64,000 nt of DNA, taken from Schmidtea polychroa (lineage: Eukaryota). The notes beneath the pieces were generated by a model, which was given only the letters and a program-made list of their open reading frames with translations, ran no database searches and had not been told where the DNA came from. Of this stretch, positions 1 to 12,437 are shown in pieces (within the stretch, counting starts at the first letter, position 1; each line of letters opens with the position of its first letter). The stretch is taken from the NCBI GenBank assembly GCA_044892525.1, contig CM097886.1, positions 79,918,001 to 79,982,000 of the forward strand, read 5' to 3'. Made by a program: the position numbers and the translations under genes.

Positions 1-1301
1 TATTTAAATTCTATATTAAATTATATCATATTATATTAAATTATATTAAATTAAATCAATTAAATGTATGACCAGTAATTACATTAATATTAATGATTAT
101 CACGCCTCGGTGTTTAAATACTCTAGTAAACGGCACAATTTTGAAGTTGTTATAAAAATAAATGCTTGAAGAAGACTTGAATTTAATTGCGTCTAACAAA
201 ATACATGCAGACTTTCGATATATAAAAATGCGTTACTGAGATACGTTTCATAATAACTTTAGTTTAGACAATTTTGAGGAAAAAAATGTGTTTTAACATT
301 TATTTTTAAAGAAACTACGTTAAATTGTCATGAAAATGATGAAATGTCATCGTAACAATTATTTTTGAGTTAAAAATTAAGTTAATTAGAATTTCTGATA
401 TTTGTTTTAGAAATGTTTTCGAAAAATAAAATTTTCACTGTTGATTTAATTATTTAATTATAATTCAAAATATATCAGACTTACATTAGTCTAAATAATT
501 TCAAAATAATTATAAAAATAATTTATAATACAAATGTTGACTACAAGTAATATTTAAGAACTTGAATAATAAAAATTTCATTAAAAATATATTTTAAAAA
601 ATATTGTGATCTTTTTTTATCCAAAAATTGTCTAAAATAGAATTATTATAGAAACGTATCTCAGCGGTGCATTTCGATAAATCAAAAGTTTATATGTATT
701 TTTTAGTATGTGTTGCGCTTGTTTGTAGTTTTTAATTTTTCTACCACTTTTCAGATTTCTAAAGTATAAGATGTATCTGACTGCACTCTTAAATGAGAAA
801 ATCAACGTGAAATCAAAGTAAGTATGTATGTTTCTATGTAAGATTATTGATTTTTTGGTTATATTATAGGAAGCGGTTCTCAGTGGCGTTTGGTGTACAT
901 ATGCCAATGGGCGCACCCACACATACAACGTAATACAACCAACAAAAAACTGTACAAAGTTATTTTAGGGTTATTAAATAACACCCTGGGAGTCGAATCG
1001 ATGATTTTCAGCTTAATAATCACCGACCAGCTGTCATATACCCAAAAATTATATAAAATCATATTTCAAACCTTTAAATTAATTAAAAGTAATTAATAAT
1101 AAGTTACAAACAAAATATATTTCTGCATAAGTGGTGAATAACCAATAGTTGGTGTACACACCAACCACCATTAATGAAACCGTATCTCAGCGGTTTTTGG
1201 TGTAATAAAAAATTAGGGTGGCAGTCAAAGTATTAAATGATTTCATAAATGAATTTAATACCCTTTTATGTTTTAATATTTTATGGCCTTTCGAAAACTA
1301 G

Positions 1302-1780
1302 GTCAAGAACGATTTCGATCAGTGACAAGATCTTACTACCGAGGAGCAGCTGGGGCGTTATTAGTGTATGATATCACAAATCGTTCTTCATTTGTAGCAC
1401 TTGAAAAGTGGTTAGCCGACACAAGACATCTAGCTGATCCTGATGTCACAATAGTTCTTGTCGGTAATAAATGTGATCTTGAAAATAATCGCGAAGTAAC
1501 AAAAGCGGAAGCTGAAGAGTTTGCCAATGAAAATAATCTTTTATTCTTTGAAACTTCAGCTTGTACAAGTGAAAATGTCAATGATGCGTTTATAAATTGC
1601 AGTCGTACGATTTTGTCAAATATCGATTCGGGAAATCTCGATCCAGATCGAGTAGGATCAGGAGTTCAAAGTGGTTCAGTTAAAAATTTAAGCTCCACCT
1701 CAAATAATCAACCTGGAAAGTATCGTGGAAAATCTTTGACGGCTGAATTAAAAAATGCCACAGCCGAATGTCAGTGCTAA
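1302..1780 (+). CDS. Rab4: Rab GTPase (Rab4-like), last coding exon; earlier exons lie upstream of the window
   Basis: [35 protein letters not shown] motifs and C-terminal CQC prenylation motif. Acceptor AG at 1300-1301 gives a phase-1 junction into (WDTA)G-GQ, so the ORF-track Met at 1283 is intronic. RSVTR..ALLV favours Rab4 over Rab14/Rab2. Confidence 0.8.
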
Positions 1781-3460
1781 TTAAATTTAGTGTTTTTCTT
1801 CCATAGAATCTCTATTATTTTAGTTCACAACGGCAACGTAATCATTTTTTCATAAAATTTTACTCTAATTCTTTCCATGTGTTATGTTTATTTTTTGCTT
1901 TATTTTTTATATATTTGACTTTTAGCCAACTGAAATGAAGCAGTGTTTATGTACATAAATATTTCAATGTTTTAAAGTAAAAATATCGCAATTAATATTT
2001 TCCAAAATCTCAAATTTTATTTATTGGAGTTCAAGTTAGTTGGAGTACCCAATGGAGAGTCCCACAAGCCTTTTAGTTAAACGGGTAATATTAATTGTGC
2101 TCTAATAAATATTTGTTCTGGAAACTGAAAATTCTAAGTTGTGCTTTAAAAGGATTTAAAAGATTTACTTGTTATATTTTTCTTAAATTTTTATATATTT
2201 CCCAAAAAATTGCGTAAAATAGCCACCCTTTATTAAAAAACTAATTTTATTATAAATCTACAAATAATAATGGTTCATTGTGTTGTGATTGGTAAGTTTT
2301 CATTTTTGGTTATTATAACTTCATACTTAATCCGATGACAGTGCAACTATTATAAAATACATATTATAGCGTGTTAAAAAATGTATTTAATAATAAAGAG
2401 TTGGTTACACAATGCTGTATAATGTCAAGCAATTGGCTTTGTAACATTATGGATTAATCTTGGACTTGTGGATTGAACTGCACTAGCTGCATCACTGGAA
2501 CTGCAGAATAAAACAGTGCAAATTGTTACCATGTTCATTCATTCTATTTGACTCTGTTTCATCTTAACAGAAAACATATGGCGACATTAGAGATTACAGG
2601 TGTGGCAGAAAAGTAATTTAAAGATTCTTGAACTTGACGAATCTGTTTATAGAAAATGAAAATAAAATATAACAAGAATAAATATTTTTTTAGATGTGCC
2701 ACAGAATTTTTTTTAATTTAGAACACCGTAACTTTGAGTACCCATGTTCTGGATTGTTATGGGGTCGAGAGATTTGGCTCGAACTTTTTCATTAAGAATA
2801 CATCTAAATTATATAATCCATCAATGTTTCGCAACAAGACTTTTGATATTTTTCTTTTATCGTAAGTTAAAAAGTGAAAATTAATAATTTAAAGACAAAA
2901 GTTCTAAAATATTTTTTTACGGATGTCTAACAGTAAAGATTTCTCTTCGAGTCAGGTAAGTATACAATATGTGATGTGATTTCCAGTGTAGCAGGTAAAG
3001 TATGAAATTGAGTTGAATCAGCAATATTATGTTACAAAAGATTTAGTATTTTGTCGCAATTATTTCTGTATTTCTTGTTGCTTTACGTGAATTTTCAATC
3101 CTCGAGACTTTCAAGCGTTGTGTTAATAAATAAGATTAACCCGTTTGGGTTTACACATTGTTTTTGCCAATGTTGATGATGCATGGTATACATTTCTTAA
3201 TTCTATTATAAAGATGGTTATTTCTATATGAACTCGAGTAGACTGCACCTGTTAGTTGATGTTACCTGCTTGAATTGTCTCTAATTCTTAAATTATGTGT
3301 CCTGTTTAAAATTTTACTAAAACCTTATATACTGGAAGATGAATATATTACATTATATTAAAAAATTATTTGCAGTAGCTTATATCATGATCACTAGCAT
3401 TTGGTCATCTATTCACAGGTGTCAGTTTTTCAAATGATCTAAGAACTTTTCATGTAAGCC

Positions 3461-5650
3461 TGTTGAAGTGAATCGAATAATAGGTTTATTTCAAAATTTT
3501 ATTCTGTGAATAAATGAGTTTACTAATACAATTTTAATATTATTAATTTCTTAATATTATTTCATGTCCTCCTCTAGCGCCCATTCTCCCAGTGTTTGCG
3601 GGGTCTATGAATTTAATTGATCTTTTAAAGCTCATTTTGAGAGGCAATAATTATAACTTCTTCTGTCTGATCGTCATTCATGACCGGTGTTTCATCTAGT
3701 GATAACGGAATTTTCTTCTCCGTTGTCTCATATAGACCTTTTGAAGATAGATGGTTGTTACTTGCTAATTTCATGATCAGATTGTAGTAATGACCCATGA
3801 TATATTCCTGTCCTTTGGCATGAGAAAAGTCTGAAAATAGGTGTCATTAGTTAAGCCAGATTTGTAGTCCACAACTTCGCCTTTCGGAATAGAGGTATTA
3901 TCGGTCTGGGTATTAGTTTCCCAAAAATTATTTCTGTTTGGGGCTTACCTTCAAAATCAGCAGATATTCGATGATAGAATAGCATCTTTTGAAGGAATTC
4001 GTCAAATTCAGTATGGCATTGAATTACCTTCCGACATTTTATAGCCCTCTTGATAGTTTGAACTGCTCGTTCAGATCTGCCATTTACCATTGGGAAGAAT
4101 GGTGGATATTCCATTTTACGGGCTCCTTGGTTCTCTAACCAAGACATCAATTCGTTTAAAGTGAACTTCGGTGCGTTATCCGTTAAGACACATTCAGGGA
4201 TACTGAAGCGCGTAAACGCTGTCCTCAGATATTTGATAATACCGGATGTGGTCTTCTCCGTTCTAAAGACTTCAATCAAACCCGAAACCGAGTCAACTAT
4301 AATTCGAATGTTGGCCTATGCCAAATCAAGATATGCTCGTTCGAACGGTTAGCATCGGCCATTGATGAACTGTTTTGATTGGATTTTTGAGCACATTGAA
4401 CAAATTTCTCAATGTTGTTTGTCAAAGCTAGCCACCATGTCACCGAGCTCAACATCCTGTAAGAAGTTTGCTCTCCATTGTGTATTTCCTTGTGGATTAA
4501 ATTTCACGAAATCTCACGGGAATGAACATACAGCATCTTTGAATTTAAGTCTTGACATGGCATTCGCGTGTGGGATCTGTGCTCCCGGAATATATGTTAT
4601 GTCATAGTCGTATTTCATCAGTTGTATTGCCCATTTTGTACCCGTGCTGAGACTTGTATTGGGATTGCCCTGTCGCTTCCAAATAAATAATTCAACGGAC
4701 AATAATCGGTCTGAATTAAGAATTTTCTTCCTAGAAGGAAATGACTCAACCTGGTTACAGACCATACAACATCTAAGGCTTCTCTTTCTATGTTTGAATA
4801 ATTACGTTCTGCTTGGCTCAGAGTTCGGGAAACATAATTCACTAGATAACCTTCTTGAGTTAGAACTACTCTGATGGCGTTCAAGGTTACGTCTGTCGCC
4901 AGGGTCACTTCTTTTTCAAGGGAGTACGGTTTCACTACCGATGATCGGATAATTCCTTCTTTATTTGGTTGAAACTTTCCTGACATTTCTCCGTCCAAAC
5001 AAAAATACTATCTTTCTTTCTCAGGCTGTTCAAAGATGCAATTTTGTCCGATTATTTGGGAATGAGTCTATCAAAATTATTTGTTAGTCCGATAAAGCTT
5101 TCTACTTCTTTCTTATTCGTAGGAAGAGTGATGTCTTGTAATTTACCTACCAACTTATCCGGTTGAATACCTTGACGAAATATATTGAACCCTAAAAACT
5201 TAATTTCATTGACGTACTCAATAGAATTTTCTTTATATAGTGATTTTATTTTAGGTGTTGCTTGACTGCGTCTAACCGTTTTTTTAATAAAACATCATTC
5301 TCTCCCAAAACCAGGACGTCACCTTGGTATATAAGGATCCCTTTAATAACTGATAAAATTTCCTCCATGGTTCTTTGAAATATCGCCGAAGCATTTTTTG
5401 TCCCTATCTATAGGCGATTTTCTCTGATGAATTAATAATTGATATTTGTCGTGCCTCTTTATCAACCATGATTTTCCAATAGGCCACGTTTCGCATTGGT
5501 CTGCATTTTTGAGATCCATAGGTGGTAATCTTGCTCGTGATGACATTAGAGTTAATTGAATAATAAGTTTATTTAAAATTTTATTCTGTGATTACATAAG
5601 TTTATTAAAACAATTTTAATAATATTAACTTCTTAATATAATTTTACCTG
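3461..5650 (-). mobile_element. Internally deleted, degenerate Ty3/gypsy LTR retrotransposon
   Basis: Minus-strand fragments: gag-like start (ATG 5519), RT motif decayed to IYQGD (~5310-5340), RNase H (TDVTLNAI, ERNYSNIEREAL), integrase (LTDNAPKF, NGRSERAVQTIK). ~90-bp direct repeats at ~3475-3564 and ~5558-5648; PPT AGAGGAGGA (3575-3567) just before the left repeat. Confidence 0.85.
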
Positions 5651-6314
5651 TAAAGATGATTGAGTTCACATACATTATAATGGTCAATTTTATGAATCCT
5701 CAAGGTATATAATACATAACTAACTGTAGTGCATCAAACATATACATTTAACTATATTTGTTAAATTTTACCAAGATTTTTAAAGTAAACTTTTCAAATG
5801 AATTATCAATATAATATACAAAATTTATTTTTTATAAATACTTACAATTTTCATTGCCAACTTTATTTCAAAATGTATGCAAAGCACAGCAATTTCATCT
5901 TTGTTAAAAATCTGATTCATCCGAAGATATATCATTTTTATAAGTCATTAACAGATTATTGAACATGGAATTGTTTTACTTCTATATCCGATTCATAATC
6001 AAGTCAAGTTCTTTATATATTTTTGCCTTATAAGTATTCAAATTTATCGAACGGAAATATAAAATATGACAATCTATGATAAAGTGGCTCGTGAATATGA
6101 CACTGCTTTAACTTTATAAATTAGACCGATAATCGAATCAACTTCAATCTTCCGGTTTTTAATGTATTCATGTTTTATCAGTGTTCGTCTAATGGAAATA
6201 TCAGATTGCATTTCAAATTCAAAAACAATCACCAAACAATTGTTAAAATTATCAATGAGTTGTATGTTCAAACACTAACTCTTTGAAACAAGAGATTCAA
6301 ACCATGAAATAAAG

Positions 6315-7190
6315 CAGGCTTGTCCAACCCTGCGGCCCAAAATATTATTAAATTATTATTAATGCCTTTTTAAATACAATTTAAATATATTTTTATGCTA
6401 CTTATCTTAAAGCAACAAATTTTTCAATTATTCATTTTCTTTAACGATGAAAGATTCATAAAATCGTTTAAAATAATTGTTTATTCAAACATGTCCCATG
6501 TAAGTTAGTTAACTAACTCGACCTACATTAAATAATTAGAAGCACTACCCGCCTTATACTGTGTTCCATGTGTGCCAAACATCCGTTGTACAATTGTAGT
6601 GTTTACAAATACTTTACACTGTAAAATTTACAGTATTATTTGTAGTATTTTAAACTGAACTGATATTACAAAAGACAGTGTTTTTAATAATTTAGCAGAT
6701 ATGTACTTATTCCTCATTGATTATTTATTGTATTTTAAATTAATATCTACTTTCTTTTTCTTTTAAACTAATGCAAAAATAAGAAAAATTAACAAAGAGG
6801 GAAGGATAATCAAAGAAAAGTGGACAGATGGTTACTTTTTTGTCGAAGCAAATATTAGGGACCTTTGCTTGTTTTATAGGGATAATTTGGCAGTTTACAA
6901 ATACTACAATATAAAAAGACATTACACGACAAAGCATGCTACAAAATTTAGAATGTATCAAGGAATGTGACGTAAAGATAAGATAGTGGAACTGCGAAAA
7001 AGTTTATTATCTCAACAAAAATATTTTAAAAGCCTAACAACTCAAACCGATTCTTTCTGTAAAAGCTAGTTATGTGATAGCAAAATTGATAGCCAAAAAA
7101 ATCAAAATCATTTGTCGATGGTGTGTTTATAAAGATTTGTATGGAGAAAGCGTTAGATATAATTTGCCCTGAAAGAAAAGAGGATTTTTT
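6315..7190 (+). mobile_element. hAT (Charlie/SPIN, GTF2IRD2-like) transposon 5' remnant
   Basis: TIR-like CAGGCTTGTCCAACC at 6315. From ~6771 a decayed frame reads GRIIKEKWTDGYFFVE..YNIKRHYTTKH..LLSQQKYF..ASYVIAKLIAK..ICPE, with a stop and frameshifts. Confidence 0.75.
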
Positions 7191-7397
7191 GCTCCTCGGA
7201 TGGCGTCATTGCTGACCTCAGTTAGGTTTGTAAGAAAGCCAAAGTTCTCATGAATGTCTTCATATGCGTGTAGGTATTTTATTTATTATTTCACCACGTA
7301 ATTTCCTCATGTGTCCATACGTATCCAACAGGCCTTTCGCTCGCTCTGTTATCTAGAACGGTTGTTGTGGTAACACTTATATGTCAATTATTCTTAG

Positions 7398-10300
7398 TGT
7401 TGGGCTGAGTCGAAAACGTAATTGGCCAAAAATAGAAAAATAAGAAAATAGGACACTAAACATAAAAAATAAATAAACAAAATTAAGAATAAAATAGAAT
7501 AGGATATAAGAAAAATAATAATTAGGAGATAAGAATGAAAACAACAAATAAAAATAGGAAAAATTAAAATAAAACAATAAATTGACGAATAAATGATGTA
7601 AAATTTAATAAATAATAAGGAAATTAAGGAAATAAATAGAAAATATATTAAAAATAAGGAAAATAAGGAAAAATAACCAAAAAACGGGAAAAAATAAATT
7701 AAAGTAAATTAGCGGTACTCAATTTTGATTGGTCCGCATAAATAAAAAATTGGTATATAAACCGACGCCAAAATCATAAAAATCAGTGTTAATCCAAAAA
7801 CTTACTAGGTACCCGACGATAGCAGATTCGTAATCAATTCAAATTCAAGAGACGACTAACAGTAGGAAACTTTATTCAAAGAATTACAGGATTCTAAATC
7901 AGCAAGCCGATTTTAAAAGGACGATTCCTATTTTCGATTCAGCCTAATTTGATAATTCGATAGTAAGGAGATTTTATATTTTTACTTTGTTATCTTACGA
8001 GTCATTAGTATTCATGAATATATGATTTAAATTTTTAAGTTAACCTAATCTCCTTTCATTTGGTCCGTAATAATGATTTTTTAATCTAAATGTCTAAAAG
8101 TATTTTATTCGTAATAAATGATTTATGACAGAGTTTTATGATGAATATTTTTTATTATTGTTTTCATGGTTTTAACATTTATGAGTAACGTGGTGTTGAG
8201 ATACTCCATGTCATGGTGTGAGGTGCCTTTGGGAGCTCAGCCGGTGGACATGGAGTTTTCCAATCACGCAGCTAGATTGGGCCGTAATGTGAAGGCTTCT
8301 TCACGGGTCCCATCGCTGAAGGACTTAAAATTCAATCGAGACAGATTCGAGGAAAAATGAAAATATGAGCTTCACAATGACTGAGCGAGTCTAAAATCTT
8401 CACCTCTACAACAACTTCATAACTTTCGTATCTGAACGATCTAGTAACATCATCGACAATAGATTCAGGTCTTCTAAATGCCGCTATTAAAGCATTTCCT
8501 CGTTTCACAATTTGGCATTCACCTTCGGTTTAACAACGAATTCGGTTTTAGCGTATTTCTTTTAATAGTAGAATCACCATAAATTAGAATGCAACATTAT
8601 CATAAAATCCAACTAAGAACAAACGATATATTTAAGAAATTTCATGTAAAAGTAAAACTAATTTTGAACCATCTGCATACAAACCAGAATAAGAAGATTT
8701 CGTCGTTTACCTTTCGAACCGAGCATCATCGACCAGCTAAGTGTAGTAGAGATATCCAGCAGACTTTAATAAAATCCAACAATAGCGATGAGATGTTTTC
8801 AATTTTCCACGGTTAGATAGACATTCGCACAGCATAACGAAATCCAACTCAAAAATTCCAAATCAAATTTTCATGAGATAGGTACATGTACCGATATGCA
8901 AATACGTGATAATAGTTCCAGTGGAAAAATGCATATGTGGATACACAACAGCGATAGCACCGAGATTAGGAAACGTAATTAGGTGAGAATTTTCAGGTGT
9001 CTCATCCATTAGATTAATTCGCTATGATACAACGTGGTAGCGGTTGAATCAGTAACGTACAATCTCCATGAGAAATTCCACCCGGCGAGTAGTGGTTAGT
9101 TGCCACCATGTAGATAACAATCATCGGATTAACGCTAGTCATAGATAACCGTTGGCGGGTGGTTACATATGCAGATTCAGAGATTTTTTCGAACTTGCAA
9201 ATTTTATACTTGTAATTGATAATTAATTCTATAGATTAAGTTTTTCGTATTAAATAATTTTCTTTTCATAGAATGATCATAGGAAATAATTTTTGTGGTT
9301 CATTAAACGTGATCTAACATTTTTAAGAAAACTTTATTATAACTAATTACACTTAAACATTGAATTTCTTTTCCAACACTAATGTATTACTTTCGGTAGG
9401 TAAAGGTATATCTTGCCGATTGATTTTCTTGTGAATAATTAATTCAGATAGTATAAATATTTGTTCATCTTGTTACTCAATTTAGTTTCTTTTTCGGTAA
9501 TGAGATCTGGTACAACTAATAACCATTGGTGTCGAAATAATGATTTAACGAATTTAGTTCATCTCATTTAGTCCTGCCTTTCCTTTATAGACATCCTAGA
9601 TGATCCCAAATACAAGATCAATACTCAAACCCTGCTTTTCCTGCTCCGATAAGAACGTAGTAATCAGTGATCTTCAAGCTCAGGTAGGGCGCTATAAGAA
9701 AAAGATAGACGAATTAGAAGGGACATGGTTTAGTCCCACCCATATGAAAGAGATTCAGAAAAAACTCTATCGTAGTGAGCATTGTCAGGACGCTCTAATC
9801 TCCGAGAGCCGATCCCAAAGGAGTCTGATCAAGGAACAGTCTGAAGCCCTGCATAAGATGTACCTGCAGGCAGCAACCACCAGAAAGAATGTTAACATCC
9901 CCATTCGGGAAGCCGATGAACTATTTCCGGCACATCATGATACCTCTGTCGAATCGCCGTCATCTTCCAAAAAAGCTTGTCGATAATGTGTCGAAACTCA
10001 ACTTTCGGCGAAACAACCAGATGTCGCCTTCGTCGGAATCAGTCAGACTCCACCCGCAACCACTTCTATGCGCGCAGCACCCCCGAATAATCTATCAGTC
10101 TCGAAACCGAAACGTAAGCAATTATCTCGAGCCGAACGCAAAAAGAGGCAAAAGGAACGAGCGACCGCGAAGCAGCCTGAACGAATAGCTCCTACAACTA
10201 AAGTCACCGATCTACCTGTCATAGTCGATTTAACGACCGGAACCCCAGGGCGAATAATTTCGGCCGCTGGAGTGGCGTGGGAGGAGAATGCCTCTGAATT

Positions 10301-11002
10301 CTTCGACCTGGAAGAACTGTTAGCTGCAACATAGTGGGAAAAATAATGACTCCCCCATGGAATGACCTCATTCTCCAGAGAAACACGAACGAACTATTCG
10401 CGTTTTCTGTTTTGTGTATCTTTCGTATTTTCGTAACTCTGTTGTATAATTCCTCGAATCACCTTGTATATTAGTGTTGGAAACAAAACATTTTTGTATT
10501 AATATAATTTTAACCTTTTTCTCAGTATAATGAGTTCAGTGTGAGATTATAATTAGTATTAACTGTTGTCGGGATGTGAAAAGCATTAGTCAGTTTGCGA
10601 TCCAAACGAATGGCATTACGAAGGGGTGAGGAAATGAATAGACATAAGACCTTCTATCGGCCATCAGGGATGGGAAGTCGAGGCCTCAGTAAGAAGTAGT
10701 CCTAAGGCAGGGGCTCACCTGCTTACTGGTGTCTCGCCGGCATAGCACAGTTCCAACGTGAGGAGATTCACGGGTGCTATGTTGGAGTATAGGTTATGTG
10801 CGGGTTCTGCTCAGGGTTGACAAAATTAATGGCGGGTCAAGTAGGAATGACATTCATCCCCTAGGTTAACAGTAAAACTAAGGATGGTCAACTGAGTAGT
10901 GCCCCAACATTAGTTATCTAATAGTTTGTTCTAAGATATGTTTTTAATTCAGCAAAAAGTCCATCGTATTTAACACCTACTGTAATAACACAGTAATCAA
11001 CA
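7398..11002 (+). mobile_element. Probable solo LTR (3.6 kb) of a giant gypsy family related to the element at 45885+
   Basis: Termini TGTTG...CAACA with TAG(T) on both flanks. It shares with the 45885-51470 LTR the start TGTTGGGCT plus an A-rich tract, an internal ORF with EGTWFSP, the motif CCTTCTATCGG and a covarying hairpin. No PBS or internal genes follow. Confidence 0.65.
9600..10334 (+). pseudogene. LTR-encoded coiled-coil ORF (244 codons) with one in-frame TAA at 9984-9986
   Basis: ORFs 9600-9986 and 10068-10334 are in the same frame and the interval is open after a single TAA. Motifs ELEGTWFSPTHMK and KPKRKQLSR match ORF 50610-51068. Confidence 0.7.
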
Positions 11003-11317
11003 TAGTAGAAGTTTTAAGCTTGAATTTTTTGTAAAAGCATAATATGCTACTCTAATTTTATTTTTAATTTTAAATTTTTGGGGCCCCGCTTTAGCCCGAT
11101 CAGCCCCCTATATCCGCTACTGAGTGCAAAAGTAATTGCAAAAATGAAATTACATGTAGAATATGAGGAGTTTTTGTATTAAAATAATGGTATGAAGTTG
11201 TGCATGTTTGATTGTATGTTGATATTCTTGCTTATACATTAATTATTATTTTTAGAAACTCAAACAAATTAACGTTATAATTTGTTTTAATAATATTTGT
11301 ATTTTAAGATAATAAAA

Positions 11318-11630
11318 ATGGATTCGATTAAGACCCATAGCTCTCTGGCTAATATGTCGACCACGAATGGAAATTGTATCAAGCCACCAGAAACATATGA
11401 CATGGATTCAGATATGGAAGATTTCATATTAGAAACGGAACGATTTTTCATCAAAGCTTTTCTATCAATCAATGCAACGAAGAAATATCAATTTTTATTT
11501 TTTGAGTTGACAAATGGAACATTATAAAGAATGAGAAAAGCTTTTGCTAAGAACAGAAGTTTTATCAATGATCTCAACGAAGCGGTTACTTATCGTCAAG
11601 TAAATGAGGCAAATATAATTGAAAAATAAT
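11318..11630 (+). pseudogene. Possible retrotransposon gag N-terminal remnant
   Basis: KPPETYDMDSDMEDFILETERFF resembles the start of a gypsy capsid; broken by frameshift and stop. Confidence 0.35.
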
Positions 11631-12309
11631 TATACTTTCACTATCAATTTTTATTTTTTTACAATGGTTATCCATCACATTCCGAGCAGTATGTATAAAC
11701 TCTTATAGCATGATTCCTTTTTCAGTACCTTTTTCATACTTCATTTTACCTCAAACAAAAAAAATTCTTGGCCTCCTGGAAAGTTTTCTTAAAACATGTT
11801 AACCACAAATATTGTTTATGCATTTATTATATTCAGTATTTCAGTTTTGTCGAATATAATTTTTGTTTATTTAGAAAACTATAATGTCTTTTTTTAATTT
11901 CATTTTCTCCTCACACTGAAAATGTTCAGTAAATAATCTTAAAATTTCGTAAGAAAGCAAGATAAATATATCAGTGTTAAAAATGAAAGCTTTAATTTCA
12001 CTGCCATGTTGTTTGTGAATTTAGCTTAATGTTGTGTTTACACGTTTCAATATCTTTTCCCACTCGGTTTATCTAGATCATAATATTATATAATAAAAGA
12101 TGTAATATTGAAATGATTTGTTTATGAATATCTTATAGAATAAGGTTTAACGAATTTGCAGGAAACGTAACCCATCAAAACACGAGTCACCAAGGATGAA
12201 TAAATAACTAGACGACCTACCTAAGACGGAAATATGAATATATTCATAAAATATAACCAAAAATCTTCTAATACGACATGGTAATATATTTTGATTTAAT
12301 TAAATTTCA

Positions 12310-12437
12310 CTAATGTGAAAATGGCACATAAGAGGTTTCAGAAGTGAATTTTCTCACTATCCCTTGCTGTGTAGCTGTAGCTATTAAGTCTCCACTCTCC
12401 GTCGATATATATGAAATATTGAGAGTTAGTGCTTCAT
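12310..12437 (-). CDS. ACOT8: ACOT8-like exon 6 (last)
   Basis: Acceptor TTATTTAG; NEALTLNISYISTESGDLIATATQQGIVRKFTSETSYVPFSH-stop. Confidence 0.85.

Noticed and set aside
651-1205. Repeated GAAAC(C)GTATCTCAGCGGT and TGGTGTACA hairpin motifs in the Rab intron
   Set aside because: Short, with no definable termini or TSD; most likely fragments of a small repeat.
2270-2960. Chain of possible small exons (GTAAGT donors at ~2292, ~2862 and ~2955)
   Set aside because: I could not join them into a stop-free recognisable protein.
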